Shown one piece after another: positions 44,929 through 53,471 of a stretch of DNA of 64,000 bases. The DNA is from a bacterium (GTDB lineage: Bacteria; Patescibacteriota; Saccharimonadia; CAILAD01; JADZBC01). The notes below the pieces were generated by a model. The model was given only the letters and a program-made list of their open reading frames with translations, was not told the DNA's origin and ran no database searches. The stretch's first letter is position 1. The number at the start of each line of letters is the position of its first letter. The position numbers and the translations under genes were made by a program. The stretch lies in the NCBI GenBank assembly GCA_020852295.1, contig JADZBC010000009.1, positions 7,081-71,080 on the forward strand, in the 5' to 3' direction.

Positions 44929-46314
44929 CTATCCATTGAGGATTTTTTGTTTCAGGGTTTTTATTTCATGACTAACTGAATCATTCTTTGTGAGTTCGGC
45001 ATTGATTTTGCGTACCCCGTGCATGATGGTCGTATGGTCCCGACCACCAAGAGAACTAGCGATACGTGGAAAACTAATGCCAAGCTCTTCACGCATGATA
45101 TACATCGCTACCTGACGGGGCACCACAATCTCCTTGTCGCGGCGGGGGCCGATGAGATCGGCAGTCGTTAGATCGTAAAAAGCGGCAGTCTTTTCGATAA
45201 CTATCTTTGGACTCAAGGTGGTCCGCGATGGTCGCGCTGTCGCCCCGCCGCCGATCACCTGGTCGACTATTTCGGTTGTGATTGGGGTGGCATTAGCTTG
45301 GCAATGGGCGATCAGTCGAGTGAGGGCACCCTCAAGTTCTCGAATATTGGTCTGTAGTAGCTCAGCCAAGTGACTCGCTACATTGTCTGGGAGGTCGAAC
45401 TGACGACTGCTAGCCTTACTCTGTAAGATCGCGACCCGTGTCTCGAAGTCTGGCAGCTGAATATCGGCGACCATACCCCACTCAAAGCGGCTCCTTAAGC
45501 GGTCCTCAAGGGTGGCGATAGCTTTTGGTGGTCGGTCGGAACAGAGCACAATCTGCTTGTTGGCCTGGTGGAGTGCATTGAAAGTATGAAAAAACTCTTC
45601 CTGGGTTTTCTCTTTGCCGGCAATAAACTGCAGATCATCAACCAGTAGGACATCAACCGTTCTATACGTATCGGCAAACTTTTCACCTTTTCGAATGGCG
45701 TTAATGAAATTATTCGTAAAGTCCTCACTCGTAACATATAAGATCTTAAAGTCCGGGTGACTACGAGCGATCTCAAAGCTGATCGCCCACATCAGGTGAG
45801 TCTTACCGACACCAGCTGGCCCATACAGAAAGAGGGGGTTGTACGATTCACCGGGGTTTTCAGTAACCTGGCGAGCTGCCGTAAAAGCGAGCCGATTGCC
45901 GGACCCAACGATAAAGTTGGTGAAGTTGTACTTTGCTTCGAGATTCTTCGGCAGGCTGATTTGCGACTGACGATTATTGGCGGACTGCTTTGTTTTCTGT
46001 GGGGTAGTTGGCTTTTCGGTTGGCCGATCGAGCCGAATATCTTCTTCCGCGGCCGTGCTCGCGGTCTTTATCTGGTAGGTAATTGATTCAATCGAGGGCT
46101 CTTGCTTCTGTAGGGCCGACAATATTTCACCATTATAGTTATGCTCAAGTCGATCTCGTGCAAAGATATTAGGAGCTGCAACGACAGCCTGAGTGTCGCC
46201 GAGCTCGAGCAGGTGAGTGTTCTTCACCCATGTTTTAAAGTTTGCACCGCTCATAGAGACCTCTAGCTCACCAAGAACGGCTCGCCAGATCCTATCGAGA
46301 TCCTTTTGTGACAT
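44929..46314 (-). CDS. dnaA: Chromosomal replication initiator DnaA.
   Basis: AAA+ Walker A GPAGVGKTHL, Walker B LLVDDLQF, and C-terminal DnaA-box-binding HTH (...RQVAMYIMREELGISFPRIASSLGGRDHTTIMHG...). Confidence 0.95.
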   Translation of the reverse strand: MSQKDLDRIWRAVLGELEVSMSGANFKTWVKNTHLLELGDTQAVVAAPNIFARDRLEHNYNGEILSALQKQEPSIESITYQIKTASTAAEEDIRLDRPTEKPTTPQKTKQSANNRQSQISLPKNLEAKYNFTNFIVGSGNRLAFTAARQVTENPGESYNPLFLYGPAGVGKTHLMWAISFEIARSHPDFKILYVTSEDFTNNFINAIRKGEKFADTYRTVDVLLVDDLQFIAGKEKTQEEFFHTFNALHQANKQIVLCSDRPPKAIATLEDRLRSRFEWGMVADIQLPDFETRVAILQSKASSRQFDLPDNVASHLAELLQTNIRELEGALTRLIAHCQANATPITTEIVDQVIGGGATARPSRTTLSPKIVIEKTAAFYDLTTADLIGPRRDKEIVVPRQVAMYIMREELGISFPRIASSLGGRDHTTIMHGVRKINAELTKNDSVSHEIKTLKQKILNG

Positions 46315-46439
46315 AACTACCTCACCCCCTGTGAATATATCTCTATACTAGCGATTTTGTGAGTTTTCCACAACTGTAAAAGACCACAAAAGTAATCCAC
46401 AGAAATTGTGGGTTATGTGGAAAACTTTATAATGGCTCA
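46315..46439. promoter_or_regulatory. Region upstream of dnaA with a cluster of DnaA boxes, a candidate oriC with dnaA autoregulation.
   Basis: TTTTCCACA at 46365-46373, TAATCCACA at 46393-46401, TGTGGGTTA at 46407-46415, TGTGGAAAA at 46417-46425, in alternating orientation. Confidence 0.5.
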
Positions 46440-46468
46440 TTGACGTTTAAGGTGATTTAGGCTAAAAT
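46440..46468 (+). promoter_or_regulatory. Sigma-70-like promoter for the rpmH-rnpA operon.
   Basis: TTGACG, 17 nt, then TAAAAT, ending 12 nt before the rpmH ATG. Confidence 0.45.
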
Positions 46469-46479
46469 ATTACGGAATT

Positions 46480-46614
46480 ATGAAACGAACTTATCAACCG
46501 AAAAAACGACGACGTCAGCGAGTACACGGGTTTATGGCTCGTATGTCCACACGCGTAGGACAGGCTGTATTGAAGCGCCGCCAGGCAAAAGGCCGTAAGC
46601 GGGTAGCTATTTAA
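46480..46614 (+). CDS. rpmH: 50S ribosomal protein L34.
   Basis: [44 protein letters not shown], 44 aa. It is below the ORF-track cutoff. TAATG overlaps rnpA. Confidence 0.9.
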   Translation: MKRTYQPKKRRRQRVHGFMARMSTRVGQAVLKRRQAKGRKRVAI

Positions 46615-46955
46615 TGCTCAAGCAGAGCTTCCGACTCCGTAGCTCAACTGATTTCAATAAGACCTACAAATTCGGCCGCAGCACCAATGCGGCTACTTTG
46701 TATATAAAAGCACTTCAGACCCGTCAGCCGATTAGTCGATGTGCAGTGGTCGTCTCAAAAAAAGTCGCAAAGAAGGCTACGGATCGAAACAAGATCAAGC
46801 GTCGCGTTGCAGAAATAGTCCGAGTTAACTGGGATAAGGTTACTCCTGGCTACAATCTCATCATCTCTCTCAAGCAGGATATTGCAACGCTCGATCAGTC
46901 AAAATTAGAGCACGAGGTACTGGAGTGTCTGAAGCGCGCCGGAGTGGTTCGGTGA
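46614..46955 (+). CDS. rnpA: Ribonuclease P protein component.
   Basis: 113 aa, basic. It has RLRSSTDF and KKVAKKATDRNKIKRR motifs and sits immediately after rpmH. Confidence 0.9.
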   Translation: MLKQSFRLRSSTDFNKTYKFGRSTNAATLYIKALQTRQPISRCAVVVSKKVAKKATDRNKIKRRVAEIVRVNWDKVTPGYNLIISLKQDIATLDQSKLEHEVLECLKRAGVVR

Positions 46956-47227
46956 ACCGAGCGCAAAAACACCTCATAAGACTGATAAAGATCTACCAAA
47001 AGACACTTTCGCCAGATCACGGACCACGCAAAGTGCGATATCCAGCTGGTTATTGTCGACATTACCCAACTTGTAGCGACTACACGATGTTGGCGATTGA
47101 GCAAAAAGGGGCGATTAAAGGAGTTGGACTCGGGCTGTGGCGAGTGTTAAGATGTAACCCATGGGCAAAGCCAGCGGTGGATTTTTCTCATCTTGATCAG
47201 AAAAAATTTTCAGCCAAGGAGCAGTAG
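46925..47227 (+). CDS. yidD: Membrane protein insertion efficiency factor YidD.
   Basis: Signature CRHYPTCSDY. GTG start with alternatives at 46925 and 46952. It overlaps the rnpA end. Confidence 0.8.
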   Translation: MSEARRSGSVNRAQKHLIRLIKIYQKTLSPDHGPRKVRYPAGYCRHYPTCSDYTMLAIEQKGAIKGVGLGLWRVLRCNPWAKPAVDFSHLDQKKFSAKEQ

Positions 47228-47230
47228 TTT

Positions 47231-48055
47231 ATGTTTGACGCATTATTAATACATCCATTCTTAAATCTCCTAATGGCGATTTACGGAATTATACCAGGGC
47301 ATGACTTTGGCATAGCTGTCATTATTATGACGCTCATTATTCGGTTTGCACTGTGGCCGCTCACTGGTAAGCAGCTTCATTCGCAAAAGAAACTACAGGC
47401 CTTACAGCCTGAGATCTCAAAAATTCGCGCCTCGGCCGGCGGCGACCGTCAGAAGGAGAGTCAGATGCTTATGGAGCTCTATAAGGAGCGGGAGATTAAT
47501 CCATTTTCTGCCTGTCTGCCGGCGCTCTTTCAGTTCCCATTCTTGATCGCCCTGTTTTTTGTTTTTCAGCAGAGCATTCACGGTGTAGAGAAGTTTGGGC
47601 CAAGTCTCTATAGTTTTGTGGCAAATATTCCATACATTAAGGAAGTATTGGCTAATCCTGCCCTGTTCTCACCAAAGCTTCTTGGTGTGGTTAGTATGGC
47701 GCAGCCGAGTATTGCACTCGCCATCATTGCTGGTCTTACGCAGTACATACAGGTCAAGATGATCACTCCAAAGGTTACCGATGGTGACGCGCAAGCCAAG
47801 GCGAATGCCAGCATGACACTCATCTTTCCAGCACTTACTATCTTCATTGCCTGGAGCCTACCGGCTGCATTACCCCTCTACTGGACAGCGGCTAACTTGG
47901 TTGCTATCTTCCAGCAGAAGTTGATCATGTCGCAGGAGACCGAGAAGATGGAAGAGGTCGCCGAGGCGGTCGTAGTAGCCAAAAAGAAATCAACAAAGAC
48001 CGCTGCGAAGAAGTCAGTCAAAACCAAGAAGAGGACAAAACGGGGGAATAAATGA
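47231..48055 (+). CDS. yidC: Membrane protein insertase YidC/Oxa1 (short Gram-positive type).
   Basis: Five-TM core with conserved ...PLTGKQLHSQKKLQALQPEI... and C-terminal KK-rich tail. Confidence 0.9.
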   Translation: MFDALLIHPFLNLLMAIYGIIPGHDFGIAVIIMTLIIRFALWPLTGKQLHSQKKLQALQPEISKIRASAGGDRQKESQMLMELYKEREINPFSACLPALFQFPFLIALFFVFQQSIHGVEKFGPSLYSFVANIPYIKEVLANPALFSPKLLGVVSMAQPSIALAIIAGLTQYIQVKMITPKVTDGDAQAKANASMTLIFPALTIFIAWSLPAALPLYWTAANLVAIFQQKLIMSQETEKMEEVAEAVVVAKKKSTKTAAKKSVKTKKRTKRGNK

Positions 48056-48501
48056 GTGTTGAAGACATCAAGCTTGAGCTCAAAGAGTTACTCGAAAAAC
48101 TAACGATCGACGATGCGCAGATCACCGAATCAAATCTAGGGGATGCGCTGACGTTCAATATCGATACGGAACACCACGCCATTCTTATTGGACGGCACGG
48201 CGAAAACCTTCGATCACTACAGCACTTACTCAATACGCTCGTGAGGAAGCGCGATAAATTGGCACCATTTGTGGCGGTTGATGTCGCTGATTACAAGAAA
48301 TCACGCCAAGAAAAACTCATGAAGATCGCGCAAGAGGCTGCCAATCGGGCTCGCGATGAACATGCCGAGGTACGACTTAAGCCAATGAATGCGTTTGAGC
48401 GTCGGCAGGTCCACATGGTTTTAGCCGATGAAGCCGATATCGTAACCGAAAGTGTAGGCGAGGAGCCATATCGCACGATCGTAGTGCGCCCACGTGACTG
48501 A
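48052..48501 (+). CDS. Jag/KhpB-family RNA-binding protein (KH and R3H domains).
   Basis: R3H region ...MNAFERRQVHMVLAD..., in the conserved position after yidC. Confidence 0.8.
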   Translation: MSVEDIKLELKELLEKLTIDDAQITESNLGDALTFNIDTEHHAILIGRHGENLRSLQHLLNTLVRKRDKLAPFVAVDVADYKKSRQEKLMKIAQEAANRARDEHAEVRLKPMNAFERRQVHMVLADEADIVTESVGEEPYRTIVVRPRD

Positions 48502-49876
48502 TATGCGAGACAACGACACGATAGTAGCAATCGCCACGCCAGTTGGGGTGGGATCGGTTGGGGTTGTGCGGCTCAGCGGTACTGAATCGCTAACGATAGC
48601 ACAGAAGCTTTGGCGACCGGTCACCAAAGATGAGAAGCGGCATAGTCACCGGGTATCACTTGGCTGGGTGGTGCGGAAAGGCATTAAGATCGATCAGGCT
48701 CTCTTGATCTATATGAAGGGGCCGCATTCCTATACTGGTGAGGACGTCATTGAGATTCAGGCGCATGGCTCGCAGGTTGTCCTTAACCAGATTGTTGATT
48801 TAGCGATTGCTGCCGGTGCGCGATTGGCTGAGCCTGGCGAGTTTACGAAACGGGCCTATCTCAACGGGAAGATTGATCTTGTCCAGGCTGAAGCGGTCGG
48901 GGAACTCATTTCTAGTACGAATCAGAAAATGACCGAGCTTGCATCCCAACAGTTAGCAGGCTCGGTCAGTACGAAAACCGACCAGCTTGCTCAGGAAATT
49001 GCACGCATTGCGGCCCGCGAGTCCGCGAATCTTGATTTTTCGGAGGAAGATCTCGGTGGTACGGATCCCGAGCAACTAAAGCGTGAGCTTAGTGAGATCA
49101 AGCATGATATCCAGAGATTGCTAGAAGGCGAGGATCAGCTGAGCGTTATTCGCGACGGCTTCAAGGTGGCGCTAGTTGGTCTACCAAATGCCGGCAAATC
49201 ATCACTCCTCAACTACTTACTAGGCCACGATCGATCAATTGTTACTTCCCAAGCAGGAACAACCAGAGACACGATCGAGGAGGCCATTACTATTCAAGGC
49301 CTGCTCGTGCGCTTGGTTGATACAGCTGGGCTACGGAGTGGTGCCGGAAAAGTCGAGGCCATAGGAGTTGAGCGCGCTATCAAAGAACTCGAGACGGCTG
49401 GACTTATCCTGCTACTCGTCGAGCCGGGAAAGTTGGCCGCTACCGATAAACTGATGCGTGATATGGGCATGTCGAGCAAAGCCCTTCGCGGTAAGGTTGT
49501 GCTTGTGCATACGAAATCTGACAAGCATCACTCATCCGAGAAATTGCAGAAATCAATCGACGACCTCCCGTCTCTTACGATATCGACAAAAACAGGCGAG
49601 GGCGTAGAGCAACTAAAAGAAACGATCTATAGGCAAGGGGTGCATCAGACGAGTGAAATAGGCACACAGCTAACGACGAAAAGACAGTATGAGGTGTTGC
49701 ACCGCGCCCTAGACGGAGTAGAGGATGCGGCGCAGGCAGCAGAGTCGGCAATGCCAACCGACATCATTGTGGCAGCACTCCAGCAGTCGCTCGATGACCT
49801 ACTGAGCTTGAGCGGCAAACAGGCGAGCGAAGAAACAATCTCGGCAATATTCTCTGGCTTTTGTATTGGTAAGTGA
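48494..49876 (+). CDS. mnmE: tRNA modification GTPase MnmE (TrmE).
   Basis: G1 GLPNAGKSSLLN, G3 DTAGLR, G4 HTKSD, and C-terminal CIGK. Confidence 0.9.
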   Translation: MTDMRDNDTIVAIATPVGVGSVGVVRLSGTESLTIAQKLWRPVTKDEKRHSHRVSLGWVVRKGIKIDQALLIYMKGPHSYTGEDVIEIQAHGSQVVLNQIVDLAIAAGARLAEPGEFTKRAYLNGKIDLVQAEAVGELISSTNQKMTELASQQLAGSVSTKTDQLAQEIARIAARESANLDFSEEDLGGTDPEQLKRELSEIKHDIQRLLEGEDQLSVIRDGFKVALVGLPNAGKSSLLNYLLGHDRSIVTSQAGTTRDTIEEAITIQGLLVRLVDTAGLRSGAGKVEAIGVERAIKELETAGLILLLVEPGKLAATDKLMRDMGMSSKALRGKVVLVHTKSDKHHSSEKLQKSIDDLPSLTISTKTGEGVEQLKETIYRQGVHQTSEIGTQLTTKRQYEVLHRALDGVEDAAQAAESAMPTDIIVAALQQSLDDLLSLSGKQASEETISAIFSGFCIGK

Positions 49877-49882
49877 ATCCGG

Positions 49883-51685
49883 TTATTGGATAGCAGGAAA
49901 ATCGAGTGAGGAGCGGTACCAAGTATTGATAGTGTCGGTTTTTACGACTTTTCCATCGACCACAACATCGCGCCAAAACACAGTCTGCGATGGAATCTTA
50001 GGGTCTAAGTTGCCACTTATAAACTGTGGCCCACGGATGACGCCAGATTTTGTTTTTGTGCCGTAATAGCGAAATGTTAGGGTACTGCCTTTCATCTCCG
50101 TCTGAATAAAGAGGTAGTGACCAGAATCATTCCTAAACTTCATATCAACACCAGGGTAGTTGACTGCAGCATCGACACCAGGCACACCATACGGCTCAGT
50201 ATAGTATTCGACCGCAAATGAGTGGCTGACGCGTTCAAGGATTGGGAAGCCGGCCAGTAGCGCAGCGCGATACGCCGTGGTGCTGACTTGGCACATGCCA
50301 CCACCATATTCATTATTGACCCTGCCTTCGCCGATTACTTTACTCGGCAGATATCCCTGTTCTGGTCCAATTTCACCCATGCGCTCGCCAAAGGAGAATA
50401 CTTCACCTGGCTTCACTACGGTGTTATTGAACTGCGCCGACCCAACACGAATATTGGTGAGTCGAGCAAAGCTAGACCCAGGAAAGGTCGTCGTTGCTTC
50501 AGCAACGAGCTCTTTGATACCAAGACTATCAAGGGTTTCGGTACGAATTTCTGGCTTTGTGGTCTCGACCACGAGCGCAATGCGGCGGTCGGCCGCACTA
50601 TCCTTGAGTGCCGAAAAGATACTATTGGCGCTTGCTTCCACATCGAGTTTTCGTCCGTTTGTACCCTCTTTGGTGACCACTACCTTACCTTCAGCAAGCC
50701 CAAGTGTGGCATTTACTGGGCTACCATCAACTTGTTTGGCGAGACTAGCGACGTAGTCACTAACGGCCTTTTTATCAAATGAGAAATCAGCTGACTTCTC
50801 CCCAAGACGATAGTAGTCATTAAGCAGGCGACTACTTGCCACAGTCGGTGGATTGGACTGAGTTGGCAAGCTAAACCAGCTGAGCAAATTGTCGGTCGTG
50901 ATTTTCCATTCTTGCTGACCATCCACTAAAATGAGTGGGTTTGTAGCAAGATTTTCAAGCTCAGTCTGATGACTGGCGAGCGCCTCTTCGCTAATGGCGG
51001 GCTTTATATTTGCAATCGGCAGGTCGACTGGGCCGTGTGACAGCGTCGATATCGAATTGAGTAGTGCGTAGTTCAGGCCACCCAGATCAAGTCGCTTACC
51101 AACGGCTCCGGGTTCAACCGAAACAATCCCGTTGTCACTACGAAAAAGCGCATTAGTAGTAGGGGAGGATATTTTTTCGATTGGCTCAGATAGTGTCTCG
51201 GCCAACTTCTCTTGGTTGAGACTATAAGTTGCTTCGAGGGGTTGGGTTTGACCGATGAGGAGCCGCAACGTCTCTACGCCCTGAGTTAAGAAGTCTCCAC
51301 TACGGCCGATCGAGAAGAGTCGTTGTATGTCCTGCTCAATATCAAACTTTAGCTCGATTTTAGCCGGCTTGATTCGCCAAACCGCTGAGTTGGTGCTCAG
51401 CAGAATCGGACTTTGACCGTAAGCGGTAGTCTCGGCCTTGAGCTTATCGACCGCTTCAGACTTCGTCATGCCACCAATACTTACGCCATACAGAGAGCTT
51501 CCAGGATAAAAGCGGTCAGCACTGAGTAGTCGTACTGCAAGAAGCAATAAGGCTACCGCGAGTAACGTAGCCATGCTAGCAATGACTACCTTAAAGTACC
51601 AAGGGCGCCGATGGATTGTTGGCAGCACAATTACACCTTCGGTTTTTGGCTTCAAATTATGACTTGACGACTTACTTATTTTCAT
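49883..51685 (-). CDS. VanW-family protein with an N-terminal membrane anchor.
   Basis: VanW signature ...YGGGMCQVSTTAYRAALLAGFPILERVSHSF... plus upstream peptidoglycan-binding-like repeats. Confidence 0.8.
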   Translation of the reverse strand: MKISKSSSHNLKPKTEGVIVLPTIHRRPWYFKVVIASMATLLAVALLLLAVRLLSADRFYPGSSLYGVSIGGMTKSEAVDKLKAETTAYGQSPILLSTNSAVWRIKPAKIELKFDIEQDIQRLFSIGRSGDFLTQGVETLRLLIGQTQPLEATYSLNQEKLAETLSEPIEKISSPTTNALFRSDNGIVSVEPGAVGKRLDLGGLNYALLNSISTLSHGPVDLPIANIKPAISEEALASHQTELENLATNPLILVDGQQEWKITTDNLLSWFSLPTQSNPPTVASSRLLNDYYRLGEKSADFSFDKKAVSDYVASLAKQVDGSPVNATLGLAEGKVVVTKEGTNGRKLDVEASANSIFSALKDSAADRRIALVVETTKPEIRTETLDSLGIKELVAEATTTFPGSSFARLTNIRVGSAQFNNTVVKPGEVFSFGERMGEIGPEQGYLPSKVIGEGRVNNEYGGGMCQVSTTAYRAALLAGFPILERVSHSFAVEYYTEPYGVPGVDAAVNYPGVDMKFRNDSGHYLFIQTEMKGSTLTFRYYGTKTKSGVIRGPQFISGNLDPKIPSQTVFWRDVVVDGKVVKTDTINTWYRSSLDFPAIQ

Positions 51686-51738
51686 GCCTACATTATATAC
51701 AACAGTCGTACAAAACGCGAAAAAGGCTCAACGTGGAC

Positions 51739-52794
51739 TTAGTCTGTCAGTTTTTTGAGTGCTTCCACGCCGTCTTTTACATTTTGGGCGCGATCCTTTG
51801 GGCAGATCAGTATGCCGTTGTCGGTATTGACGACAATGAAGCCCTCCAGGCCTATAGCGACAACCGGCTGCTCTGTCTCCGAGATAATGAGTGTATCTTC
51901 GCAGTCAATCTGCACTGCTTTACCGCGCATGACTACACTATTGTCGTCTCGCAGTATTTCATGAAGGTCGCGGAAGCTACCGATATCAGCCCAGTCAAAA
52001 TTACCCGGCACAACCTGTACGCGATCGAGCTTCTCGATCAGGGCGGTGTCGATCGGTTCATTGGCAAACTCTAGATAGCAACGCTCAGCTTTATTTGATT
52101 CATCAATACAGTCAATGAGTGAGCGGTAGCTCGCATCGAGTTCCTTGTTATGTGCACTGAAGGCCTTTTCGTAGATGGAGATTGGTGCCGCAAATAGGCC
52201 AAGGTTCCACAGGTATTGGTTTGATTTGAGATACTTTCTAGCCGTCACCTCATCCGGTTTTTCTACAAACTTCTCAACTGAAAATACGGGAGTATTGCTG
52301 ATCAAATGGAGCTCCTTGCCCATCTTGATATAACCAAAGCCGGTGGCTGGGTAGTGCGGGGTTAGCCCGATAAGAGTAATGGCCCTACCTTCTTCCGCGG
52401 CTTGTGCAGCAACGGTCGCGGTTTTGCAGAAACTGTCGGCATCAGCGATGTGGTGATCGGCGTGCAGAAAGACGACCGTTTCGTCGGTGGTAATGTGCTG
52501 CTTGATAGTTGCTAGAGCAAGCGCGATGCATGATGCGGTACCGCGTCGAGCTGGCTCGATGATGACGTGGTCATCGGGAATGTGAGGAAGCTGAGCTTTT
52601 ACTTCATCGGCGTGTGAGGCCTCGGTAACGAGGTAGATATCTCTACTCAAGCACTCGGTGCGCTTAATAGTATTTTGCAGGAGTGAATTTTCATCGATCA
52701 GGCGAAGCAGATGTTTGGGGTATTCTGGCTTTGAGATTGGCCAGAGGCGAGTGCCTTGGCCACCACAGATGATCACTACTATCATGTACGGCAT
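51739..52794 (-). CDS. Mannose-1-phosphate guanylyltransferase (NDP-sugar pyrophosphorylase, short form).
   Basis: N-terminal IICGGQGTRLWPIS...P.HLL nucleotide-binding loop typical of ManC/GMPP. There is no C-terminal cupin. Confidence 0.7.
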   Translation of the reverse strand: MPYMIVVIICGGQGTRLWPISKPEYPKHLLRLIDENSLLQNTIKRTECLSRDIYLVTEASHADEVKAQLPHIPDDHVIIEPARRGTASCIALALATIKQHITTDETVVFLHADHHIADADSFCKTATVAAQAAEEGRAITLIGLTPHYPATGFGYIKMGKELHLISNTPVFSVEKFVEKPDEVTARKYLKSNQYLWNLGLFAAPISIYEKAFSAHNKELDASYRSLIDCIDESNKAERCYLEFANEPIDTALIEKLDRVQVVPGNFDWADIGSFRDLHEILRDDNSVVMRGKAVQIDCEDTLIISETEQPVVAIGLEGFIVVNTDNGILICPKDRAQNVKDGVEALKKLTD

Positions 52795-52874
52795 TATAGC
52801 ACTAACCGCAATTTGTCTTGCAATAATAATGAAGCTTTTATGCTATAATGTAGGCCAAGAACGGGGGTGCGCAT

Positions 52875-53408
52875 ATGCCACGAAAAACACAAATCAACAA
52901 AAAAAGAACTCGCATAATCATCATCGGCTCAGTGGTCGTTATTTTGGCCGCACTGAGCTTCCTCGTGTATCGCAAGTATGGCGACACAAAGGTGTCCGTT
53001 TCTCCGTCTCCTGCACCCACCACTCAGACGACCTCATCGCCAGGTAGTGCTTCAGCCCAAGAAAACCCCAAAGATGCTACGCCGACCCCAGTGCCAACTA
53101 CTCAGCCGGGTGGCGGCAAGCAAAGTTTGGTGCCGAACATTAGCAACTACAATGGTGGCGATCCAGTAACGGTCAATGCGGTACTCGGTAAGTCTGGCGC
53201 GGGTACTTGCACCATCACATTTTCTCGCGCCGGGCAGAGTGATGTTGTGCGCAGCGCGCAAGCCGGATTGGTGGTAAACTATTACGGCTGCGGTTTTTCA
53301 GTGCCACGCTCAGCATTTCCGGCTGGTGGCAATTGGAGCTTCAAGGTTAAGTTTGAAAATAGTACATACGCCGGCGAATCGACGCCAATGACGATCGACA
53401 TCAAATAG
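52875..53408 (+). CDS. Membrane-anchored hypothetical secreted protein with a Pro/Thr-rich linker and small beta-rich domain.
   Basis: N-terminal basic stretch plus TM (IIIIGSVVVILAALSFLVY), a PT linker, and a Cys pair in the C-terminal domain. Confidence 0.5.
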   Translation: MPRKTQINKKRTRIIIIGSVVVILAALSFLVYRKYGDTKVSVSPSPAPTTQTTSSPGSASAQENPKDATPTPVPTTQPGGGKQSLVPNISNYNGGDPVTVNAVLGKSGAGTCTITFSRAGQSDVVRSAQAGLVVNYYGCGFSVPRSAFPAGGNWSFKVKFENSTYAGESTPMTIDIK

Positions 53409-53471
53409 GTTTTAGAGGAGGGTGACATAAAACTAGTAAGACACATACCACAAATATTACTCGGCACACTT

